A stretch of 64,000 nt of DNA from a virus. The notes under the pieces were generated by a model. It was given only the letters and a program-made list of their open reading frames with translations. It had not been told where the DNA came from and did no database searches. Below are positions 57,397 to 64,000 of the stretch, one piece after another. The stretch is taken from positions 36,594 to 100,593 of IMG/VR virus record IMGVR_UViG_3300020810_001160, one strand, 5' to 3'. Every line of letters starts with the position of its first letter. The first letter of the stretch is position 1. The translations under genes were made by a program, and so were the position numbers.

Positions 57397-58646
57397 TATT
57401 CGTAATGTACCGTAGTACCAAAAGGTGCTTCCATGTTCTTATCATGATGACCATTTATCACAAACAGTGTGTCACAATAGTTTTCGTCGCCCCAAGTGTC
57501 CCAAGGATAACCATCTGTGAACATAATAAACTTCTTAGGTACTATGTCATTTTCTTTCATATAATTCCAGTTAGCCATAAAATCTGTACCACCGCCACCT
57601 TCTATTTTGTACGAATCCATAGATTCTCCTGATGCACCAAAGTCTTGTTCATTGTGTACTTCTGTATCAAAACACCATATTTTAATGTTATAATCTTTGT
57701 ATTGTTCCATAATACCTTGCACTTCACCTAGGAAATCTTGCACTTGTTCATTGTGTATTGAACCTGAAGTATCAATAGCAATACAGACATCAATAGTTTC
57801 ATCATAGTTTGTGCCTGGTAATATCACACCTGAGTGCCAACCTTTTCTGCTGGGTCTTGCAAATGTGTAATCATTTTTAATAACACTCTGAATCTGTTGT
57901 TGTAATAATTCTCTCCAGTTCATTTTAGGTTCTGTAAACTGTTGAATAATTCTTTCAATCTCTTTAGGCAGATTACCTGCACCAGCCGCCTGTGCCGCCG
58001 CCATCATAGACTCTTTTATTTCATTTTTAATTTGTTCTAATTCTTCTTTAGAGTAAGCAGGACCTTTACCTTTTTGTTTGCTGTTAGGGTCTTGTTTTGT
58101 TCCACCTGTGCTTTCACCTTTTTCCCAATCAATATGTTCATCAAGCAATTTACCTAACTGTTCCATTGCCTTCTTACCTTTTTTATAGATGTCATCATAC
58201 ACTGCCTCACTTGCCCAACCATCATATTTCCAATCTTGGAATATCTGCACATCCTTAGGTTTCTCACCAATGTTGTCTCTTACCAATGTGTTGTTAACAA
58301 TGTAATCACAAGCGATGTTATGTAATTGAGGATCTCTATCTTCACGTCTTGTCATGTGATCAAACACACAATGAAGTATTTCGTGTGCAATAACAAATTC
58401 AATTTCTTTGCTAGACATTTTACTAAAAAATTCTGTATTAAAAAATAAATTTCTGCCATCAGTTGCGGCAGTTGGACACCAGTCATCACATTCTTTAATT
58501 TGAAGTCTTGTTGCCATGTTACCGAAAAAAGGATGTCTCAACAACAGTCCAACTCTTGCAACCACAATTTTATCGATAACTTCTGCTCTTAATTGCTTTA
58601 ATTCTTCTGGACTTAATTCTTTCTTTTCTAAAATCTCTGTGCTCAT
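57396..58646 (-). CDS. vWA-domain protein with N-terminal HExxH metallopeptidase-like domain (DUF2201-like)
   Basis: TAATDG, AHEILH, MIDAS DTSGS, GGGGTDF, FTDGY. Confidence 0.85.
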   Translation of the reverse strand: MSTEILEKKELSPEELKQLRAEVIDKIVVARVGLLLRHPFFGNMATRLQIKECDDWCPTAATDGRNLFFNTEFFSKMSSKEIEFVIAHEILHCVFDHMTRREDRDPQLHNIACDYIVNNTLVRDNIGEKPKDVQIFQDWKYDGWASEAVYDDIYKKGKKAMEQLGKLLDEHIDWEKGESTGGTKQDPNSKQKGKGPAYSKEELEQIKNEIKESMMAAAQAAGAGNLPKEIERIIQQFTEPKMNWRELLQQQIQSVIKNDYTFARPSRKGWHSGVILPGTNYDETIDVCIAIDTSGSIHNEQVQDFLGEVQGIMEQYKDYNIKIWCFDTEVHNEQDFGASGESMDSYKIEGGGGTDFMANWNYMKENDIVPKKFIMFTDGYPWDTWGDENYCDTLFVINGHHDKNMEAPFGTTVHYE

Positions 58647-58652
58647 ATTATT

Positions 58653-58681
58653 ATAATACTTTCTTTTGGTAAATTAGTCAA
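58653..58681 (-). promoter_or_regulatory. sigma70-like promoter TTGACT-N17-TATTAT
   Basis: -35 at 58676-58681 and -10 at 58653-58658 with 17 nt spacing. Confidence 0.7.
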
Positions 58682-58692
58682 CCGTTTTTTGG

Positions 58693-58721
58693 TATAGGGC
58701 ACCGGTAAAGAGTGCCCTATA
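58693..58721. other. Perfect 10-bp hairpin (TATAGGGCAC-N9-GTGCCCTATA) after the ATPase gene
   Basis: Inverted repeat seen directly; no U-tract in the direction of transcription, so a terminator role is uncertain. Confidence 0.6.
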
Positions 58722-58731
58722 TTCAACACTT

Positions 58732-59844
58732 TTATTTGATGCTTTGAGCGGCAGTAATATATTTGCCGTATTTTTCATGGAATTCATCAAAACATTTGAC
58801 TGCATCAGGATCAATCGGTAATTGATACTGAGTTAATGCCATCTTGATACCCATAACAACAAGTTCTGTATCGAAGTTGTCCATCATAAATCTAAGAAAC
58901 TTATTAACTTTGTCATTAAATTTCTTATCTTTTTTGTCATTTGCTTCTTTGAGTTCATAACATAACGAAACCGTAAGGGAGTACATTGCTGATATTTCTT
59001 TCGATTTCAGTTCTGTTATTTTGCCTTCAAGTATTTCTGAAGGATTAGGTAACTGTGAAGCCACCTTTCTATGAGCCATGAACTTGACTGCAAGTCCTTC
59101 GCCCACTGCACCACTGACCAAGTCGGTCACAGTGTTTTCATCTAAATCATCCGATAACAACTCACTTACGAATGACCAAGATCTTGGAGTAGCAAAAGAA
59201 CGACTTGGTGATCTAGGATCAAAGTCATACAAGTCCTTCTTGCTAAAAGTTAGATATCCAACAACGTCTTTACTGATGTTGTTAGCCACTGCCCATTCAA
59301 ACCAATCATCAAATTCTGGTTTCATTTCTAAATGGACGAATCTGTTTGCCAACGGAGCAGGCATTCTGTACACAACTCCTTTGTCAGCCTCTCTGTTACC
59401 AGCCGCAACAATTAATACATTGTCTGGTAATTCATATTGACCAACTTTTCTGTTTAGGATCAATTGATATGCCGCCGCCTGTACTGAAGGTGCCGCAGAA
59501 TTCATTTCATCCAAAAACAACACAATGTTCTTGTGTTTCTTTGCCATCTGTTCTGTAGGCAATTCTGATGGAGATGCCCAAACCATATTGTTTTCTTTTG
59601 AATTGTAGTATGGAATACCTTTAATATCTGTAGGCTCCCATAAACTTAATCTGATATCGATCACTTTGGCATCGATAGTTTTGGCAATTTGATGTATAAC
59701 ATCTGATTTACCAATACCAGGGCCGCCCCATAAAAATATTGGTCTCTTAATTTTTAATGCGTGTAATATGCTCGCCTTTGCTTTGTTAGGCGACAATTGT
59801 CTGGTTGTAATGCCAGTATCTTGTGTGCTTTTTTGTTTTACCAT
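58732..59844 (-). CDS. MoxR-like AAA+ ATPase
   Basis: GGPGIGKS Walker A, LFLDE Walker B, AAGNR, PLANRF, TPRSW. Confidence 0.9.
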   Translation of the reverse strand: MVKQKSTQDTGITTRQLSPNKAKASILHALKIKRPIFLWGGPGIGKSDVIHQIAKTIDAKVIDIRLSLWEPTDIKGIPYYNSKENNMVWASPSELPTEQMAKKHKNIVLFLDEMNSAAPSVQAAAYQLILNRKVGQYELPDNVLIVAAGNREADKGVVYRMPAPLANRFVHLEMKPEFDDWFEWAVANNISKDVVGYLTFSKKDLYDFDPRSPSRSFATPRSWSFVSELLSDDLDENTVTDLVSGAVGEGLAVKFMAHRKVASQLPNPSEILEGKITELKSKEISAMYSLTVSLCYELKEANDKKDKKFNDKVNKFLRFMMDNFDTELVVMGIKMALTQYQLPIDPDAVKCFDEFHEKYGKYITAAQSIK

Positions 59845-59878
59845 TTTGTACTCCTTAATAAATTGTTGTTATGTTTTA

Positions 59879-59907
59879 ATAATACATTCTGGCAATCAAA
59901 AAGTCAA
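59879..59907 (-). promoter_or_regulatory. sigma70-like promoter TTGACT-N17-TATTAT
   Basis: -35 at 59902-59907 and -10 at 59879-59884; a second TTGACT at 59918-59923. Confidence 0.7.
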
Positions 59908-59946
59908 TACCTAAAGAAGTCAAGGTTTATGCGGATTTTTAGGGTC

Positions 59947-59955
59947 TGTGGATAA
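59947..59955 (-). promoter_or_regulatory. Consensus DnaA-box sequence TTATCCACA
   Basis: Exact 9-mer in the intergenic region upstream of the promoter; a single copy could be chance. Confidence 0.3.
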
Positions 59956-59956
59956 C

Positions 59957-60346
59957 TTATTCGGGAGATTCTAGTCTAGAAAGTGCTTTATTCAAACCGT
60001 ATTTTCGTATATCACCAGAAAACAACATCAATTCCATTGCTTTCTTTTCATTGGTCACAATCACACCATCATCTGCTAGGTAGTATGGACAGTCTATATA
60101 TTTGTCTAAAAATATTATGGTTTGTGTGGTTAAATTGAAATCGTTCGGAAATGGTACATCGTATGTTTGAAGTTGCAGTTTATCTTTAATAAATGACAAT
60201 CCTTCATCTGTAAGACGCAGTCCACCTGAACCTTTGTTTCTACTGTTCTTCCACCATGTAGGCATATACTCCCTCATAGTATTTTCACCTATGCTGATAT
60301 TAGCCTGCTTTAAGAATATTTTGGTGTAGGTTTCTTTCCAATTCAT
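59957..60346 (-). CDS. Hypothetical protein
   Basis: 129 aa ORF, ATGA-coupled. Confidence 0.7.
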   Translation of the reverse strand: MNWKETYTKIFLKQANISIGENTMREYMPTWWKNSRNKGSGGLRLTDEGLSFIKDKLQLQTYDVPFPNDFNLTTQTIIFLDKYIDCPYYLADDGVIVTNEKKAMELMLFSGDIRKYGLNKALSRLESPE

Positions 60347-60633
60347 TTTTCACTGACAGTTTCACCCTGAGTCAATTTGACCACAGTGAATTCTTCAGTG
60401 TTGAACATGGTGTTCAATTTCTTGGCTAGATTGAATGCGTGTCCAGGATTTGAAAAACTTACTTTTTTGTATTTTGGACCCGGGTAATTGTTTAACTGAT
60501 TTGCTGATTTTAGGTTGAATGGTTTGTTCTGGTAAAACACTGCCCATATGCCTTCAGCCGCCAGAACTTGTTCGCTCTTATAAGTTTTGCGATCGGTGTT
60601 TTCTAGTAGTATAGTCGGTTTAGGTCTACTCAT
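60343..60633 (-). CDS. Hypothetical protein
   Basis: 96 aa ORF preceded by TAAATA (60644-60649, minus). Confidence 0.7.
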   Translation of the reverse strand: MSRPKPTILLENTDRKTYKSEQVLAAEGIWAVFYQNKPFNLKSANQLNNYPGPKYKKVSFSNPGHAFNLAKKLNTMFNTEEFTVVKLTQGETVSEK

Positions 60634-60666
60634 ATAATATGAGTATTTATCTAAAATGAATCGGTA

Positions 60667-60906
60667 TTATAGATTACCGCCGTCTACTTTGACTTCTATT
60701 GTTTGAGCCTCTGTGCTGTCTTTTTGTGCTATTAGACCCTCATAGTCGCCCGCTAAACGGGCCAGCACTGTGGCTAGTGCATATGTGACTTGTTTGGCTG
60801 TATTGATGTCTAACCGCACTTCTTTTTGATTGCTGAGGTCAGCACCTTTCACTTGTTGAATAAATTGCTGTAAACTGGCTGTATTAATAGGGTCTTTTAT
60901 TGGCAT
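60667..60906 (-). CDS. Hypothetical protein
   Basis: 79 aa ORF with GGAG RBS. Confidence 0.6.
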   Translation of the reverse strand: MPIKDPINTASLQQFIQQVKGADLSNQKEVRLDINTAKQVTYALATVLARLAGDYEGLIAQKDSTEAQTIEVKVDGGNL

Positions 60907-61381
60907 TGCTCAACTCCGTTTTCATTTCTAATGATGTTCTAAATGGACCTTTAAAAGGATAACTTTCCAATGTTAACAATTTGGGACAATAACTTCGTAC
61001 CCATCCTTTTTCAAACTTAATTATATAGTATCCAGCACAATATAAACTTTTGGATTTTTTACTCTTGTTAAACAATGGCAGTTTCTTTTTTACATCAAAT
61101 ACCATATTGTAAGGTTTAAACTTGCTCGGATAATCATACACAGAATTATCTTCATTTTCTTTTTCTTCTTTAGGCGCACTAACTGTGGATCCCCACATCC
61201 AATCTCCGTTGAAATTCTTTTGAAGTTGCTGTTGATTATCGAAGATTCTAGTACCGTCAGAACAACTGAACATATATCTTCTGTCTTCTTGTCTACAAAT
61301 TGTGCCTACTTTTTGACCATCAGATTCCAGTATCCAGAATCTATTTGCTAGTATAGGCTTCGCAAAAAATTTAGTTGTCAT
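60884..61381 (-). CDS. Hypothetical protein
   Basis: 165 aa ORF, ATGA-coupled to the exonuclease gene. Confidence 0.7.
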   Translation of the reverse strand: MTTKFFAKPILANRFWILESDGQKVGTICRQEDRRYMFSCSDGTRIFDNQQQLQKNFNGDWMWGSTVSAPKEEKENEDNSVYDYPSKFKPYNMVFDVKKKLPLFNKSKKSKSLYCAGYYIIKFEKGWVRSYCPKLLTLESYPFKGPFRTSLEMKTELSNANKRPY

Positions 61382-62376
61382 GCCATTACCTCTTCTTTCT
61401 GTTTGTATTTCGCATTTAATGGTTCAGCATAAGTTTGCGGGTATTCAGCAATTTTTTGCATATCCCATTTAGCACAAAATTTAATTAATTTTAATCCAAC
61501 CTGTTCTATTGTTTTAGGCTTAACGGAATTGATTGTTTCTTTAATAATACTTTTAATTTCTTCTGGTTGTGCTGTTAAATCACACAGTGTTACATTTCTT
61601 TGATAGTCATCCACAACTCTATGTTCTTCACCATTATGGTCCAACCAACGTTGTAACATCATATTGTTCCAGTTATATCCTTTGGAATTTCTATCTTCAA
61701 ATGCTTCAGTTAATCCAACTTTCTTTTTGGTACCTTTGGTCCTAACACCAGGATATGCAGAAAATACATTGTCAGCAGTATCACCTCTCATACATTTTTC
61801 AAACAACAACCATTCTGGATTTGGTGCTGGCTTATCTTCGCCAGTTTTCTTATCTTTGACTCTGTTACCTTTTGCGTCAAAATAGCCTTCATGTGTTATG
61901 GTAGTTTCTGTAATACCATTGTATTGACACACATTAGGAGCAATCAATTGAGCAAAATCGCCATCTGTGCTAATAATGATGTGATTATCATTAGGATGTG
62001 CTTGTACCCAACCAGCAATTAAATCGTCTGCTTCTAATTGAGAGTGTTGCAGTGTTGTACAATTTGTTTTTGTGTCTATAAATTCTTTAAAGTTGTCAAA
62101 AGTTTCCCAAAATATTGTATCTTCTTCCACTTCTTTTTCTGTTCTAGCCTCTCTAGCCTCACTTCTGTTTCTTTTGTATGGAGTATAGAAGTCTTTACGC
62201 CAACTTCTTCCTTCCAAACAGAATACCACGTGATCTCCTTTGAAGTCTTGCCATACTTTTCTAATACTGTTGAATGTGATATGTAGAGCCATACCTACTT
62301 TAGAATCCAAATCGCTCTGTATGGCGTGTTTGGCTCTAAAAAATGTATTGGCTGTGTCTACTAATATATAATTCAT
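61378..62376 (-). CDS. rnh: T4 RNase H-like 5'-3' exonuclease (FEN/PIN fold)
   Basis: ILVD, SWRK..YKRNR, LEADDLIA, ISTDGDFAQL, GDTADNV. Confidence 0.9.
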   Translation of the reverse strand: MNYILVDTANTFFRAKHAIQSDLDSKVGMALHITFNSIRKVWQDFKGDHVVFCLEGRSWRKDFYTPYKRNRSEAREARTEKEVEEDTIFWETFDNFKEFIDTKTNCTTLQHSQLEADDLIAGWVQAHPNDNHIIISTDGDFAQLIAPNVCQYNGITETTITHEGYFDAKGNRVKDKKTGEDKPAPNPEWLLFEKCMRGDTADNVFSAYPGVRTKGTKKKVGLTEAFEDRNSKGYNWNNMMLQRWLDHNGEEHRVVDDYQRNVTLCDLTAQPEEIKSIIKETINSVKPKTIEQVGLKLIKFCAKWDMQKIAEYPQTYAEPLNAKYKQKEEVMA

Positions 62377-62379
62377 ATT

Positions 62380-62478
62380 TTATAATTTTATAAACAAGTA
62401 ATACCACAAAACAATTAGAGCTCCACCTGATCCCAGTATCATTATTATTGCGGCGATTTCTTGTAAAATTGATATCAT
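62380..62478 (-). CDS. Small single-pass membrane protein, 32 aa (not in the ORF track)
   Basis: MISILQEIAAIIMILGSGGALIVLWYYLFIKL*; TAATG-coupled to the upstream gene and fills the gap. Confidence 0.65.
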   Translation of the reverse strand: MISILQEIAAIIMILGSGGALIVLWYYLFIKL

Positions 62479-62858
62479 TAACTGATCTCCGATTTATCCT
62501 CACTTAAATTTTTTGTATTGATATATCCAGCACCTCTTGTGGGATCCATGCCTTCTTCTTGAAGAATGTTTCTTGCTATGGTTTTAAACCAAGCATCCAC
62601 AATCTGTTCATTGCTTTCACCTTTATAACCAGCATCCAACAGTTTTTCAATGAATTCATTATTCCAATCCAGTTCAAAGAAACCATTTTTGATATTGTCT
62701 TCATTTATTTTTGTGTCCAACACAGCCACCCAAGGTTCTCCTTTTGCTGTGGCTTGTTCTTTTTCTTTCAACAGTGCTTCTAATCTTGGATTAGATTCTT
62801 CAGTTGTTGTTTCTTTCTTTTTAACAAATATGTCTTTTACTTTTTTTATTATATCCAT
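62478..62858 (-). CDS. Hypothetical protein
   Basis: 126 aa; KEQATAKGEPWVAV..GFFELDWN. Confidence 0.7.
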   Translation of the reverse strand: MDIIKKVKDIFVKKKETTTEESNPRLEALLKEKEQATAKGEPWVAVLDTKINEDNIKNGFFELDWNNEFIEKLLDAGYKGESNEQIVDAWFKTIARNILQEEGMDPTRGAGYINTKNLSEDKSEIS

Positions 62859-62915
62859 TTTCTTATCTCCGATATTTCTTTTAATCTTTGTTCTTCTCTA
62901 TCCTTCATCATCTCC

Positions 62916-63815
62916 TTAGGTACCCCAGGCATTTCCGAATATGTCGACATGGAGTCTTGGAGTGTATCTCCATCCTCTTTCCATTGCGAGCTCGGCGACC
63001 TTTCTTGTGTTGAGTGTGTATGTTTCGGATCTTCCACCCAGTGGCATAATATATACGGGAACGTTGATTCCAGCGTCACGAAACTCGGCAACTGCCTTCG
63101 TAACTTCATCCACATCGGTTGCATCAGCAACCACAAATTTAAAATACATTTGACTGCGAGGAATCCCATAATAAGACCTAGCAATCTCAGGCTTGATAGC
63201 AGTGTGCCAAGGTTCACCTGATACGGAAAGTTTTGGAGAGCAACTCCAAGTGACTTCGAATCTGTTTTGTTTTCTAAGATAATCTTCAAAATCCTTGTGT
63301 AAAATCTGCGTTGTATTTGTTTCGAATGTAACATTTTTCAAGTCTCCCATTTTTGGATGTTCAAATAGATCAATATAAAATCTTTGCCAACCTAGCAAAG
63401 GTTCTCCGCCTGTTAAGATAAAGTGTACGTCTTGTCCATTAGACATTGTCCATTTTCCTTCTGGCGTTAAAGATAGTATGTGTTCCACAACTTCATCGAT
63501 AGTTCTATCTTTCATATACTTTTTAAACTCTGGATATATGCTGGCGTAAGTATCACAACCTGTGTGTATGATTGGCAAGTCTTCAAATTGTTTAACTTTG
63601 TCCAATACTCCATCATCTAAAAGTTTTTTTACTTCTGGATTGTATTTGATGCCTTGTTTTAATTTTTCTTCTCTGTCTGGATGTCTATCCAATCCAAAGT
63701 TCATGCATCTAAAATTACAACCAAAAGTTCGTAAGAATACACTGGGTACTCCTACAAATCTTCCTTCTCCTTGTACAGAGTAAAATGCTTCTGAATATCT
63801 AAGTTTTTTAGTCAT
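62916..63815 (-). CDS. queE: 7-carboxy-7-deazaguanine synthase (radical SAM) with a long insertion in the cluster motif
   Basis: EAFYSVQGEG, FLRTFGCNFRC...GCDT, TGGEP, ETN, SPKL, RLHV. Confidence 0.9.
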   Translation of the reverse strand: MTKKLRYSEAFYSVQGEGRFVGVPSVFLRTFGCNFRCMNFGLDRHPDREEKLKQGIKYNPEVKKLLDDGVLDKVKQFEDLPIIHTGCDTYASIYPEFKKYMKDRTIDEVVEHILSLTPEGKWTMSNGQDVHFILTGGEPLLGWQRFYIDLFEHPKMGDLKNVTFETNTTQILHKDFEDYLRKQNRFEVTWSCSPKLSVSGEPWHTAIKPEIARSYYGIPRSQMYFKFVVADATDVDEVTKAVAEFRDAGINVPVYIMPLGGRSETYTLNTRKVAELAMERGWRYTPRLHVDIFGNAWGT

Positions 63816-63999
63816 GACCTTTCATACTCATACAGATATCATAAAACTCTTTCTTAAGTGGTGGGTGTTTATCAAACGCACCCAACATAATAGCAGTTGT
63901 CATATCTGATTGATGTTCTTTAACTCCTCTGTGTGTCATACAGTGATGTTCTGCTTTGATCAACACAGCCACGTTTGGAGTTTTAGCATATTTCTGTAA
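63808..63999 (-). CDS. folE: GTP cyclohydrolase I, C-terminal part (runs off the window; not in the ORF track)
   Basis: Manual translation LQKYAKTPNVAVLIKAEHHCMTHRGVKEHQSDMTTAIMLGAF...EFY* matches the FolE HxCMxxRGV motif; overlaps the queE start. Confidence 0.85.
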   Translation of the reverse strand, partial: LQKYAKTPNVAVLIKAEHHCMTHRGVKEHQSDMTTAIMLGAFDKHPPLKKEFYDICMSMKGHD

Positions 64000-64000
64000 T

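Noticed and set aside
58693-58721. Hairpin as a canonical rho-independent terminator
   Set aside because: On the transcribed (minus) strand it is followed by CCAAAAAA rather than a U-tract; kept only as a hairpin of uncertain role
1271-63783. Many 60-160 aa antisense or nested ORFs in the track (e.g. 19444-19881, 43447-43854, 59078-59440, full-length 62849-63334)
   Set aside because: They lie within well-supported genes and have no motifs; treated as shadow ORFs
1-64000. Stop-codon reassignment, introns or inteins
   Set aside because: Standard-code ORFs tile the window almost completely, TAA/TAG/TGA all end genes at coupled junctions, and no split genes or intein motifs were seen
1-64000. 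Avoidance of GATC or GANTC, and host assignment from composition
   Set aside because: Both motifs are frequent by eye; low GC alone cannot identify the host
1-64000. tRNA genes, CRISPR arrays, long DNA repeats
   Set aside because: Intergenic gaps are at most about 110 nt and show no cloverleaf or repeat-spacer pattern

Overview
A very densely coded, AT-rich 64 kb fragment of a large (probably jumbo) myovirus-type phage genome with T4-like baseplate genes. I found no rRNA, tRNA, CRISPR or IS element. It has three zones. (1) 1-31.2 kb, + strand: contractile-tail baseplate and fibre module (gp53/LysM-like, hub, gp5-like spike, PAAR, gp25, gp6, a 4883-aa giant wedge/structural protein, three paralogous fibres). 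(2) 31.2-54.7 kb: a gap-free ~23 kb island of tailoring enzymes in six alternating-strand blocks, bracketed by fibre genes. It holds 4 glycosyltransferase-like proteins, 7 radical SAM enzymes, about 7 2OG-Fe(II)/cupin oxygenases, 2 pseudokinase-like proteins, 2 SDRs, a methyltransferase, an SGNH hydrolase, a QueC-like PP-loop protein and a GNAT-like protein. (3) 54.7-64 kb, - strand: an Mtd-like fibre, hypothetical proteins, a MoxR ATPase + vWA pair, an RNase H/5'-3' exonuclease and folE-queE (7-deazaguanine pathway). Two promoter classes are visible: TTGACT-N17-TATWAT (sigma70-like) and TAAATA (T4-late-like). The best candidate for an undescribed system is the enzyme island, a putative virion/fibre or DNA hypermodification pathway. 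A second strong signal is window-wide avoidance of GCWGC and AGCT, where the surviving sites overlap GA or GGC. Functional calls are motif-based only; no database search or k-mer count was run.
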